Shown: in pieces, positions 1 to 12,400 of the stretch
Numbering within the stretch: the stretch's first letter is position 1
Layout of the letters: each line of letters starts with the position of its first letter
Translations under genes and position numbers: made by a program
The notes under the pieces: model-generated
Seen by the model: the letters and a program-made list of their open reading frames with translations, nothing else
What the model was told of the DNA's origin: nothing
The model's database searches: none
From: Oikopleura dioica
Taxonomy: Eukaryota; Animalia; Chordata
Length of the DNA stretch: 64,000 bases
Direction: 5' to 3'
Assembly (NCBI GenBank): GCA_907165135.1
Contig: OU015567.1
Span: forward strand, 6,076,001 to 6,140,000

Positions 1-160
1 TGAAAACTCATGTTTTTCGTGAAAACTCAGCTTTTTCGCGAACACTCAGGATTTCGTGAAAACTCAGGTTTTTCGCGAAAACTCACGTTTTTCGTGAAAA
101 CTCGGGTTTCTCGCGAAAACTCAGGATTTCGTGAAAACTCAGGTTTTTCGTGAAAACGTT
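1..160. repeat. Degenerate ~20-bp tandem repeat (gaaaactcaggtttttcgc-like), truncated at window start
   Basis: About 7 imperfect copies of gaaaactca(g/c)..tttttcg(c/t) visible; unit is partly self-complementary (gaaaac...gttttc). Confidence 0.75.
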
Positions 161-1075
161 GTCGTTTTTTCTCGAAGTTGAGTATTTTCAAGGTCGTAAT
201 CTTTCACTTCACTTCCTTCAAAACATATTTTTAACCATCATAAAAAATGCGAATTATGAGCAAATAAATAGAACGTCTGAAATTCTCGCGCCGCGTCATA
301 AATGCTCCACTGTCTAAGACTTTCTTTGTAGCTGGTCGAGGATTCTCAGACAGGGCGGTCCTCTCCTTCTTTCTTTGTTGTTGATTCCAAAAAAGAGAGT
401 AATTTTTTAATTGGCGAATTAGCGAATTTCCGGCTTTGGAAGGCTTCGAAGCCGCCTTTGCAGAATTATGAATGTTAAGTCTGTCCCGATTCGTAATTAG
501 CAGCGGCGGCGGCTTTGATGATTCCGAATTTCCGTTCAGCCCGACTGAATGCGAAAAATCCCCTCACCCGTTTTACGATATGGCGCTCACAAGGAAGTCA
601 TTCTCACTTTTTCCTTCCTTTTCCGAAAAACACGCTAGAAACAAAAAATTATCAGAGAAATTATCAGACCAGCCTTTTTTTAACCAAGCGATTTTGTCAA
701 TTTTGGACACTAAAAAAAAGGTAAATATCAAATTAAAAAATGAGGAAAGCACCTGTTTTTATGATGAGTCAGCATTTTAATGATCATTATCGTAGTTTTC
801 ATCATATGATTAAAAAAGAAAAATAATCGTTTGAAAAAAACCACCTTGTGAGAAAAATCTCCTTTGTTACGACCCAGGAACAGACCGAACCCCGGAAAAA
901 TAGAATTTAATTTTAACGACTGAACTCGCTCTTTTTCCCACCGCCAATCCATCATCAATTCTTTTCCTGATGATTTATCGGCCGTAAAAAAGTTTAACAC
1001 TCCAGCCACTTCCATTTTACCTTATTTGGATTCTTTTTTTTCTTCCATGATTTCAAACCTCAAAATTTTAAGCTC

Positions 1076-1208
1076 GAAAAATCGAGAAGCCGCTTGCGGC
1101 TTCGAGTCAAAAAATAGCGCGGCTAAAATGCTTTCTTGACTCGAAGCCACGCGTAGCGCGGCTAAAATCTATTTTTGACTCGAAGCCGCAAGCGGCTTCT
1201 CGATTTTC
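1076..1208. mobile_element. Palindromic MITE-like element
   Basis: gaaaatcgagaagccgcttgcggcttcgagtcaaaaa at the left end and its reverse complement at the right end. Shares the aagccgc/gcggctt motif with the MITEs at 1988 and 4302. Confidence 0.7.
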
Positions 1209-1987
1209 AATTCACCAAATCATTTTTTTCAACGATCAAAGAACCAGTTTTTGGCTTCTTTTTCGAACCAAAACAGGCCCTTTTTTCATTTGAAAAAGGA
1301 AAAGAAAACATGCAAGTGCGATGACAATGTGTCGAAAGCGTTCAACCCCGATCTGCCGTTTCCATTTGAAAAGGACCAAATTCGGCAGTTTGAGAGACAC
1401 TTAGGGACATCTGATTTTCGCGTTATCGGGGGGCTGCTGTCCGATTGCGATTTTCGCCCCGGGGCGCAGAATTCGCACTTCAAAGAGGTGTTGGGCACGC
1501 GGTGGCGTCGCAGATTGTCGCATTAAACCCTCTAGTTGGCGAAGTGGAAGCGTCACATTCTACTCAAACGTTCTATCGAAATCAGAATCAGACAGAAAGA
1601 GTCTGTCCATAGAGATAAGGAGACACTGCCAGCAGACACCGTAGCGCACATCCCATTCAAGCCAAAAAAAGAGAGAATCCAAAACAGGTAGAAATTTTCA
1701 TTTTTTTCAAGAAAGAATTCTTTGAACTTGTAAAATCCAAAATTGCGGCTCTTTTGATTACGAGAGTTTTTACGGTGTGCGAATGGCGAAAAAGAGAAAA
1801 AGTAGAAGCGGCTATTCCGCTTTGAATCGCCGGCATTTACAATTCTGGCTCGCAGCTTTATAACCATAATTAACGCACTAACCTTGGTTCAACAGCGAAT
1901 TTCAATTTTCTACCAGAGTTATTATGGGCTGCTCAAGTTTCAAAGGCGAACATTTAATGGTCAATCTTTCCACTGTGTTCTCTAAAC

Positions 1988-2233
1988 CTGGGCTCGGGAT
2001 CCTGTGTGCAAAACCTGAGTCAGGCTCTAAAAGAGCAAAAATGAAAAGCCGCGCAGCGGCTTTCTTGAAAACGAAGCCGCGAAGCGGCTTCGCGAGTATT
2101 GCCTTTTCACCCTATTTTAACATTCTTGCGAAGCCGCTTCGCGGCTTTGTTATTAAAAAAGCCGCTACGCGGCTCTTCATTTTCGCTCTTTTAGAGCCTG
2201 ACTCAGGTTTTGCACACAGGTTGCCGAGCCCAG
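1988..2233. mobile_element. hAT-like MITE (246 bp, long TIRs)
   Basis: Termini CTGGGCTCGG...CCGAGCCCAG, arms inverted over ~110 bp, 8-bp flanks ctctaaac/gtctaaac (7/8). An 8-bp TSD is characteristic of hAT. Confidence 0.8.
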
Positions 2234-2581
2234 GTCTAAACTAAGCAGAAATCATGGTTTATGGTTTTCTGAGTCAGGAACCTGAATTAATATACTGAAA
2301 TAATGAAAGTGAAAAATATTATGAATCCAAATCGGACTCATGGATTCCTTCCTCGTAAATCTGCATTCTCCCCCACCTCGTCACAGGCGAATAAGTTGGC
2401 CAATTTCAAGTTCTTTGTATGCCTATTTTGAAACGTAGAAGGAGTTAATTTCTGGCGTGGAAGAAGTCGTTTTTGTTCGCGCGCAGTTGACTGATTCAGA
2501 AAGACCAAAAAACTTAACCCGTAAAATCGTTTTTCAGGCAAGAAACTCAACGAAGAGAGAACGACTTCGAAAAAGTAAAAG

Positions 2582-3974
2582 ATGATGGAGCTGGAGCTCA
2601 TGAAAACTTCGCTGCCTCATGCTTGTATGAACGCGGAACTGCCGTCAGAGAAATCGATGATCACCAATGACGACATCGTCGAGGTGGTCGATTCTGGAAT
2701 CAGCGAAAGCGACAAAACTTTGGAGTTCGACGAGACATTGAACAACGCGATTATTCGACCCAACTTGGACAGCATCAGACGCATTCTCGGAGCGGATGGA
2801 ACTGAGCAAGCGCGAAAAGTTGTGGAAGAAAACACAGGGCTCATTCCAAAGTTTTACAAGGTAAGATCAGCTTTTCGAATCGAAAATAGAATTGCCCAAA
2901 TTCTAGCCCTACAAACTGCTCGAACAAACCGAATCTGGCAAGACTGTATCGCTCTACAAATGCAACTTCTGCGAGCAAGGTATGACTCATCCCTTCCTTG
3001 CTAAATTAATGTCCCTATCTGTAGTCTATCGAGGACACAACAGTATCGTCTACCACTGCCGCCGACACATTGGCGATTATCCATATCGCTGCGATGACTG
3101 TGGCTTCGTCGAGGTGTGCAAGGTCCGTCTTGAATGCTTGTTTCCCTCCTTTTTAAAGCTGTTTTCTAGTCTGGCCTCTCGTCTCACATGAATCGGACGG
3201 GTCACAAGAACTGTCGTAAAATCGACGCGACGCCCGTTCCCGGCCAGAACGCGGCCCAAGTCTCCACCCAAATCACCTCCAAAGCGCGCCCTCAAGCTGC
3301 CGATCTGGTAAATTGCCCTTTCCTTTGTTCCTTCATTTACGAATGATTATTTTCAGTTCAATCCCCTCAAAAGTCGCAATAATAAGCGTTCGCCCTCGTC
3401 CATGCCAGGTACGCCTTCTTCGCTAGAACCTTCCCTAATCTTCCCTAGATTATGTTCCATCAATGTCTCATTCGCCAAAACGCTCCAGAGTCGAGCAAAT
3501 CGACCTGCCAGTCCCAAATCCTCATCAAACTGCAAATCCCTGGAGGTAAAGAATCGCTCATCCTTCTGAACAAAAATTCACGAAAATTTATAGACCGGAT
3601 GTGCTCGAATCAATCAGAAATTTCCGCAAAAACTTTGACGCCGACGCTTTCAAAAGCTTCCAGAATAATCAGAAGAACTTTTGCATGGTCGGTGGCAAAG
3701 GCTTTTCGACGCCAAAAGCAGAATCCGATGAGGACTCTAAATTCAGGTACGTTTTTCTGACAATTTTTCTGAATAAAAAAATCTCTAAAGTGATCCAAAA
3801 TCGACGTCGGAGGACTCCGAAATCGAAGAAGTTGAAATCATAGAAGAGGAAGAGCCAGCCAAGCACTCGCAAAAGCCCTCCGAATCTACTAAAGAATGGA
3901 ATTTCTGCCAAAAGTGCCGAGCAGGATGGTACAAGAGCGAAGCCAATTTCCTCGTACACCCTTGTTTTGCCTAA
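2582..3974 (+). CDS. Multi-exon C2H2 zinc-finger protein
   Basis: Spliced reading gives LYKCNFCEQ|VYRGHNSIVYHCRRHIGDYPYRCDDCGFVEVCK|SGLSSHMNRTGH; short GT-AG introns; last exon ends FLVHPCFA* at 3974. Internal exon boundaries approximate. Confidence 0.7.
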
Positions 3975-4301
3975 ATAATAATCTATCTTTTTGTAAATTA
4001 ATTTAACACTATCAAAAAGAGCACCTCACTTGCCTTGAAGAACAACAAAAAGAGCGGCTCGACATTCAAACTAAAAAAAATAAAGCCTCAATACTTCAAT
4101 CTTCTCAAAACAAATTGATCGTAGCCGTAATACACCTTTCTCTGTTTTCATCACTTCTTATCATTTTATACCTTCTTTTTTCCTCTTTTTTTTCTTGCAA
4201 ATCTTGTACAGAGAGTTATCTACTTCAAATGAACCTATCTATTGCAAATGACATTACTGTATATTTTCAAGACTGAAGTCTTGGCTCGTCAACCTTTGTA
4301 C

Positions 4302-4470
4302 AAATACCTGAGTCAGGGTCTGAAAAGCTCATATGAAAAGCCGCGCAGTGGCTTATTTATAAACGAAGCCGCGAAGCGGCTTTGCTAATAATTCTATTTG
4401 CGGCTTCGCTTATAAATAAGCCGCTGCGCGGCTTTTCATATGAGCTTTTCAGACCCTGACTCAGGTATTT
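4302..4470. mobile_element. Palindromic MITE related to the 1988-2233 family (outer termini absent)
   Basis: aaatacctgagtcagggtctgaaaagctcatatgaaaagccgcgcag and its near-perfect inverse; shares cctgagtcagg and aagccgcg motifs. Confidence 0.75.
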
Positions 4471-4591
4471 CTATACAGTTTCCGTTGCTCAGACGGAAGT
4501 CATATGCAAAAATCTTCAAAAATAAAAAAAGTCCTACAAAAATAGTTTTTATACTTCGTTGTATTTACATTAAAATAACATATTCAAGTGC

Positions 4592-4960
4592 TTATACAGG
4601 GGTTCCTTCATCGACACAGCCGATAGAAAGGATCCTCTTGAAAAGAGTTGAAATAGAAGAAAAGTTGTTGTTGTAAATATCTTGTCGGATTCGGTACTCT
4701 TCGATTTTCTGAACCTTTCTTTTTTCAACATGGGCTTTTCGCGTCTTTGGTCGAAGAGAAGTTGATGCTTTTCGTGTTTTTCGGGAAGTTTCGACCTTTT
4801 TCAGCGAGCGAGCGAAGAAGGCGTCCATTTCGGAAAGGGCTAGGTCGGAAGTTCGGGCAGCAATCATTGCGTTGGTGTTGTTGATGATGATTGTTGGTTT
4901 TGATGATATTTTGCCAAATCGACTCATCATACCTTTATACTGAATGGTTTGGAGCGCCAA
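4592..4960 (-). CDS. Small basic hypothetical protein, copy A (paralog at 41203-41566)
   Basis: ORF ...[34 protein letters not shown]...GCVDEGTPV* is nearly identical to the ORF at 41203; true start uncertain. Confidence 0.55.
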   Translation of the reverse strand: MALQTIQYKGMMSRFGKISSKPTIIINNTNAMIAARTSDLALSEMDAFFARSLKKVETSRKTRKASTSLRPKTRKAHVEKRKVQKIEEYRIRQDIYNNNFSSISTLFKRILSIGCVDEGTPV

Positions 4961-5530
4961 AGAGATCTAATAATAACAGGTGAGCTCATTGTCAGGTGGC
5001 CATTACAGTCTAATGCGCAGGTGATACACTTAATGATCATCATTAGGGAGATTCGCCTGGCGATAAGCCTCGTAGCATACGATTTTATATGTTACATATA
5101 ATATGTACCTACCGATGATAGCAGACTCGAATCCGGGGTTACGCCGCCACTAAGAGAATCCTGTATTGCGATTGGCTGACCGGATAACCTGTTCGCCATC
5201 CGTGGCGAACAGCTTCAAATCCCGAGCAAAGGCCTGCTATCACCGGTATATATATATTATATACAGGTATACATACAGTTATTGGCGTACATTTTCACGC
5301 ACACTTATAGATCTGAAACCGATTTCCGTTCCGTTCTGACGGTGAATCACAAAGGTTTACACTTCAATCGGATATTTCAGACGTAAATGATCATTTTCAA
5401 ACCTTAAGAATGTGCGTCTTTTTTCGGAAAAAATAATCATTTTTCAACTGGAATAATTTCCATAAATTATGGACGATAATCATCTGCACTATAAAAGCGA
5501 CCTGATTTTTCAGAAAAATGTAAATCAAAA

Positions 5531-5797
5531 ATGAAATTTGCCAAAATTACTCTTTTTTCTGCTGCTTTCGCTGATCTTCTCTCAATAAACCGAGCGATGA
5601 ATACCTTCAACTTCCATCGGAATTCTGATGAAAAGCTGATGTTGTCGCCGGAAGAGGATCGACTCCTCCAAAACATTTTCAGATTCAACAGCGCTATCGG
5701 CAAAGAATATGAGCGTTTCGTAATCCGCAAACAAGCGGAAACCTCTTTCAAGAGACAGAAAAATCTGAACTTCCGAAAGTATCACAATAAAACTTAA
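5531..5797 (+). CDS. Small putative secreted protein (88 aa)
   Basis: MKFAKITLFSAAFA signal-peptide-like N-terminus, ATG after aaaa, AT-rich flanks; no family recognised. Confidence 0.45.
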   Translation: MKFAKITLFSAAFADLLSINRAMNTFNFHRNSDEKLMLSPEEDRLLQNIFRFNSAIGKEYERFVIRKQAETSFKRQKNLNFRKYHNKT

Positions 5798-6431
5798 TCA
5801 TCTGGCAAAGGATCTGCCTTAATCCTTATTCAGTAAGTTCTTCATAAAAAAACAAAAAATCTTCTCTCAGTCAACTTTATTTCATGTTCTTCGTTTTAGT
5901 GTGCTCAAAAACATTTTCTTTGTAAATTTTTATTGGTTTTCTCTCACCTGTATTTTTCTATTTTATTTCATGTTTTTTCGATGTGTTCAATAATTGTGTG
6001 ATTTTTCTTGCAAAAGTTCATCTGGATAAAAATACGAATAAAACTTACTGAATAAAGGTTACTTCAAAGAGTTTATTTATCAAGAAAAAAATGAAGAATC
6101 ATTTTTTATTATCAAATACAGTAAGTTAACTTCCGTCTTAATTTCTTGAGAAGGAAATACCTTTCTCTATGTCTCTGTAGAAATTTCTGACCAGAAGGAC
6201 ATCTTTATAAGGCCAAGGTCGAGCGGCCCTGGCAGTGGGAAATCAACAAGTCTAAGGATGACTGAGCGTAGTAAAACTTTCAACTGACTAATTCGACAAA
6301 GAAAGGCCGCGCGCAGGGCACTTAAAATCATTATTCTCTTCAATCTTTTTAAGAGCCACGACGAAATATAAAAGAAAATTACGAAAATATTAAAAACATA
6401 AAAACAAAAGATAGAGAGAAAAGGAAGAACA

Positions 6432-9400
6432 ATGAGCTCCAGAAGAGCGAGGTCAAAATCATCAAATAGCCTCAAATCGGTAAAATAAAAAATATAATTT
6501 TAAGGATCCCCAGTAGTATTATCCTTTTCGTTTTGCGCGTTCGCACTATTCTTCTGAGAACAAACATCGCGGGGCGCGCGCTCATTGGCGGGCGCTCCGC
6601 CAATAGCGCTCAAAATTTAAAATTCAAGTTCAAAATCATTTTTCTCAAAAGAGAAGTTTTGCATGTTTTGTGTTGTTGTTTGTATTGTTTTGGATTGTTC
6701 AACACGAATTCTTGAATAATTCATGTAATAGCCAGTATTTTTACCAGGTTTTTTTATAGATTTGCTTTCGAGAAAAAACACGAGAAGATATGAAGAAAAT
6801 CAACGAAGAAGAAATAAAGATAAGTAAAAAATTCAATAATTTTCTAATTTCAACATTAAATTTGGTGAGCAATGCGCTCCAGACTTAAAATAAGGGTTGA
6901 ATAAAAACTGGGAGAGCTTGGTATCACTTGTTTGGATCTCGGTCCTGGGAAGTTTCTCGCTCATAATTAGGCTTTTTTAGTATTAGTTAGATTTTTAAGT
7001 CTGTGAGCATCGTGCTCCCATTATATTTAAAAATTTAATAGTTATAATTTTTCTAAATTCAAATCTAATCTAAAATGGTGAGCAATGCGCTCCAGACTTA
7101 GTTAGGCTTTTTAGTATTAGTTAGATTTTTTAGTCTGTGAGCACTGTGCTCCCGTTTAATAGAATTTAGTAGATAATATTATTAACACGTTAAAATAGAA
7201 AAAATAAACTATATTTTCAGCCCCAGCGACTGGAAGGAAGCTGACTTCGGCATCAAGCAGCTCTACGACGCTAACTGGATTATTTGCAACCCAACTACTC
7301 CAGGTAAAGCTTACCAATTTAGATCTTTCTTCACTAAAATTCTAGCCAACGTCATGCACGTCCATCGACGACAGATCGCTCTTCCATTCCGAAAGCCCTC
7401 ATTCTCATGACTCCCAAATCTCTTCTTCGACTTCCAGAAGCTCGATCCGAATGGTCAGAAATGGACCCTGGCACACAGTACAGACGACTCATCGGTGAAG
7501 AAGGCGCTGCCTCCAAGGTAAAATAATATCCTTCATTCATTACTTAAACTTTGCTCCATTCAGAACCCAGATAACGTCAAGCGACTGATATTCTGCTCTG
7601 GAAAGGTCTACTACGATCTCGTCAAAGAGCGAGCTGCCCGAGGCTTCGAAAACGATATCGCTATTGCACGAGTTGAACAGGTACTTTCAGCTTAGAGAGA
7701 TCAAAGGCTACATTTTATTCTAGGTCGCTCCATTCCCATACGATCTCGTCATTCCCGAGCTCGAGAAATACAAGAACGCCGAAGTCTACTGGGTCCAGGA
7801 AAAGCACAAGAACATGGGTTTCTACGACTTCTGCAAGCCTAGACTGCGAACTGCATCCAACTGGTCCCGCCGAGTCCACTACGCTGGCCGAGACTCCGCC
7901 GCCTCCGCCGCTGCTGGTTCCAAACAAGTAAGATTTCAGCCAAATTTGCAAAAGCTATTTTGCGTTTCAGGTTCACAAGATCGAGCAGGACAAATTCATG
8001 AACGACGCTTTCCGAAAGGGCGCCAAGGGTCGATTGTACAAATAAGCCACCTATTCTATCACTTACAAAGTACTGATTCCTTCCACAAAGAAAAACTATT
8101 GTCCTTAAAGCTTGTGTGTTCCCTTTTCTCACCTCCGTTCCTGTTGTTCAATAATTTATTAAAATAATGCACCTACATGCACAAACCTCCCTCTCTTCCC
8201 TTACGTTCAACAAAAAAAAACTTTCTAAAAATCCAACTACTAAAAATTTTGCCTGTTTTGTGTCTGAGGAAAAAAAAACTGAAACTCTTATTTATTCGGC
8301 CATTCGTTGTTTTGGCCCCGCAATTCATTGTAGCCTTCAGTAACTGGTATCAGCTAATCAAAGTAAAAATACAAACTGTGTGTACTAATAAGTTGAAAAT
8401 ACAGTAGAGCGCAGTCCGATACAGTGCTCAAAAAGTTACTTGTAATGAGCAGTAAGGCGTCGAGTAAACCGATTTTGCGAAGAGTTTATGATCATTTAGA
8501 CAGGTAAGAACGATTCTAGACGTCGAAACGGCTCTAGAAATGAAAAAAACATGGCTTATCAACTTTTCAGTGAGCCTGAAGATCTGAGAAAAAAGCTCTC
8601 TCGGGTGCGTGATTCTTTCGATGCTTTGGACAAAGAACTTTTTCCCTCTGGCAGGCCGAAAGATATCTACCGAGAACCCCAGCTTTTTCCTGGAACAGAA
8701 GATGGGAGGGATAAACATCATCGTCGAGTCAGAACTGTCAAGCCTGTGTTGAAACGAATCGTTGATCCGATCGAACCTTCCAGCGGAGAAGAAGATGATG
8801 ATCTTGTGATTGTCGATTCGAAGCCGGGAAAATCAAGAAAGCACCGGAAAAGGTCGGGTTTCCGGGAAAGAAGAAAGAAACGAAAGCGGTCGAGATCTTC
8901 TAGTCCAAGTTAGAGTTGCAATTTCCCTTAGAGCATGCCCATTTTGATCTTTCTTTTTTCAACTCTTTCAAAAGTCGAAAGCATCGCTCAAGATCGCGCA
9001 GTCCTATCCGCCGGCGAAAGAATCGATCCAGAAGTACAAGCAGAAGTATGCATTACTGCTCGAAGCATCGATCGAAAAAGTCCAGAAGTGAAAAGAGGGA
9101 GAAACGCTTGAGTCGTCGGAAAAGCAGTTCTACGAGTAAAACACAAGAAAAACTTCCTCAGACTCTTCCTCCTCGACAGAACAACGACGAGCTCATCGAA
9201 TCTCCCAAATGCTGTTTCTAGTGGCGATCAGTCCTGTTCAAGAACTGCTAGCTCTGATGTCTCTCGCACAGGCGTTCTCCAAAAAGAACAAAAGGGCAGT
9301 ACAACCGATGTCTGGTCAGAAGCATCAATCAGAAATGCTCGACTCTCGATGATGATCGTGCAAGTGGATAAAATCCGAAACAAGGTGAAAAAAAATCGAA

Positions 9401-12400
9401 AATTCCCGAAGCACACGCTGAAATCTGTTGGATAGTTCCTCATCATCAGAGCCGATTACTGGCCGCTCGACTGAATCTGATGGAGATAAGAATGCTGACA
9501 CTAGGACTCTCCCTGCTCGAGCTGTTGCTAGTCAACTCGACGCTTATTTTTGATGGTAGCTTGTCTTACAGCAAACGCACGGTAGAGCATCTTTTCCTAG
9601 GTAATATCATCTGCCATCGTGGACAAGTAAATCGGTGAATCTGTTTGTCTCATCCGCGAAATGTTCAACTACGCTCGCGACAATCAACCCTGCATTATTT
9701 TTATGGACGAAATCGACGCTATCGGTAGCAGACATCTTTCAGAAGAAATCTCTGCTGATTGTGGAATCCAAAGGTATCTTTACTTCATTTTTTCTAAAGC
9801 TTAATGTCGCTCGCAGTACTCTGATGGAATTGCTCAATCAAATGGACGACTTCGACACGCTCGGAAAGGTGAAAATGATCATGGCGACGAACAGACCTGA
9901 CACGCTGGATCCTGCACTTTTGCGACCCGGTTGTTTGGACAAAAAGATCGAAATCCGTATGAAGCCACCTTAGAAAATCCTTGATCTAAACTCAATTCTA
10001 GCACTGCTAAATGAGCAAGCTCGACTTGACATTTTGAAGATTCACTCGCGTCCACTCGCTACTCACGGAGGAATTGACTTCGAGGTAATCTTGTTTTCGC
10101 TTCTCTCCCTTTTTCACCCCTTTTTAATAGGCGGTTGCCAAGCACTCGGATACATTTAATGGAGCTGATTTGCGAAACATTTGTACAGAAGCAGGTCTTT
10201 TTGCAATTCGATCCGAACTCTTCAACAAAGCCGACCACTCACTTTGCAAGAACAACGAGACAAACTATTTCTCTCTCTCTCTTTTCTTTTCTTATCATCA
10301 CTGTTTCTTTTTGTCAACTAGTCATTCAATACAAAGGCGATTGTTCACACGCATTCTTTAATTCAAAAAAAACTCGTGTTTTATCTTTCCTTTGCAATAT
10401 AAGATTCATGATGGAAATAGAAAACTCAGCACTCGTTTGATATTTCTGACAGTTATCCTTATCTGTCTGCAGCGCGCATAAATTTAGACAGTTTTGTAAT
10501 GGTGAAATTGTTGGCCGATCTCAAAGTAGGAGAAATTCGTAAAGAGCTTGCTTCGGTGCAAGAAAGTACGAGGGGCAAGAAAGCTGAGCTTCTCCAAAGA
10601 TTATCCGACTTTTTGACAAGCAATGACTTTAATCCCGATACCTACGATTTTGCTACTCATTCTCTGATGCCGGTATCTGACGGCGAAGGAGAACTTCACA
10701 TTGTCGAAAATGAGCAAGAATCCTCTGCCACGGACGCAGAAGACCATGAAGTCCAAGAAATTCACGATGGAACCTTGAGAGTGACAGTTTTCGAGTCGAA
10801 GGATGAAGCTGACAGCCAATGTGATAATCTCCAAAATGGGGTTAAATTCGTGCACAAGCCCCATCGGTCGTTTCTACGACTTATGCAATCCAAGGGGGTC
10901 CCCAAACGCGGGAAAGATTGGCGATCATGGGAAACGTCGGCTATCGGGGTCATTCTACAGCCAATTTTTGGGTTGGATGGTTTTGGCGATTACGACTTTG
11001 CAGTTGTGGAGGAAATAAAAAAAACTCGAACTGGGCTAGAGTTTAGACATTGCATAGAGAGATTAGACTTGTTCTATTCTCTAAACATAACACCAGATGA
11101 GAATGGGGCTGTCTTAGGTGATGAGTACATACACACCATCGACAAACTTCTCTGTGCAGAAAAGAAGCGATTTTGTCTTCCCCAGCGCCACGAACTTACT
11201 TCATTTATTTATACACCAAAAAGCAAATGGAAGAGAAAAGAAAAAAAACAAGTTAAATTGCACATCTCGCCTGATAACTACCCCATCCTCGAATGGAAAC
11301 ATTTCCAGTCCATCGCCGAATGTTTCATCACCAAAAAACATCGGTACTACAAACTTTACATGAAAGAACGAAGCAAAATGACGAATGGAGTTTTCCGGAA
11401 ACATATACGACAATCAGCAAGTGATTTTCATGCCCGATATGGTGATATAACAGCAAGATCCCATCTTGTGCAAATTGATCATATTGATGATTTTGAAAAG
11501 TCAGTATGAGTAAATTTACCGTTTAATCATTTTTCTACTAGTGCGACTCGAATCGCCCAAGAGGGCGCGATAGCTGAGGGAGATGGAGATATCAGCCTTG
11601 CAATCGAAAAATACGCCGAAGCAATCGCCTTGGATCCGACGAACAAGGTCTACTTCGGTTATCGATCGGACGCGCTCCTCCAACAAGAGCAGTTCCCCGA
11701 AGCTCTTAGGTAATAAGATTCAATTTTTATCCATCTCTCCTTTATTTCTAGTGACGCGGTGAAAGCAATTGAACTTGAGCCCACATGGCCAAAAGGCTAC
11801 GCCTTGAAAGGGCAGATTTTGATGGCAACAAAGAAATTTGAGGAGGCAAAAGTCGAGTTCGGAATGATGAAAAAGTTCGATGAATCTCCTGACGAAGCTA
11901 TCGAATGGTTAAATATCTGCCAGCAAGGTAAATCAAGCTCAAGGATCACTTACTTATTTTCACTTTTAGAAGAGGAAAAGGAATGTGCTCATCGTGAACG
12001 AACTGAAGAAAGCGTCAATCAAGCTACGTTGGAAAGAAAGCAAAAGGAGCAAGAGATCGCTTCGGCAGAAGATGAACAGCCTGCGCTCGAAGTAAAACGA
12101 AACGAGTATCGAGAAAAAACTGGTGTCGTCTTGGAGAAAGTCAGCAAAAGTAAGTTGATTAAGTCAGAACAATATTTACAAGAATTCAGAGCCTGTTCGG
12201 CGCAGAAAGCGTTTGTTGAGCAGTGACGAGGAAGACGCAGCGGCTAGTTCAAGCGATGAGAAGAAGAAGAAACAACGAGACTCGGATGAAGAGACACCTG
12301 TTCTATCGCCTTTCAATCCCAAGCACAATAATACAGAAGTCACTGAAGACGATTCGTCTTCCGATGATGATTCCAACGCAGAGGTAGCAGGAATAATCAA

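Noticed and set aside
170-1870. Possible minus-strand gene before the zinc-finger gene
   Set aside because: Coding-like patches and splice-like sites exist, but I could not assemble a consistent frame or recognise a domain.
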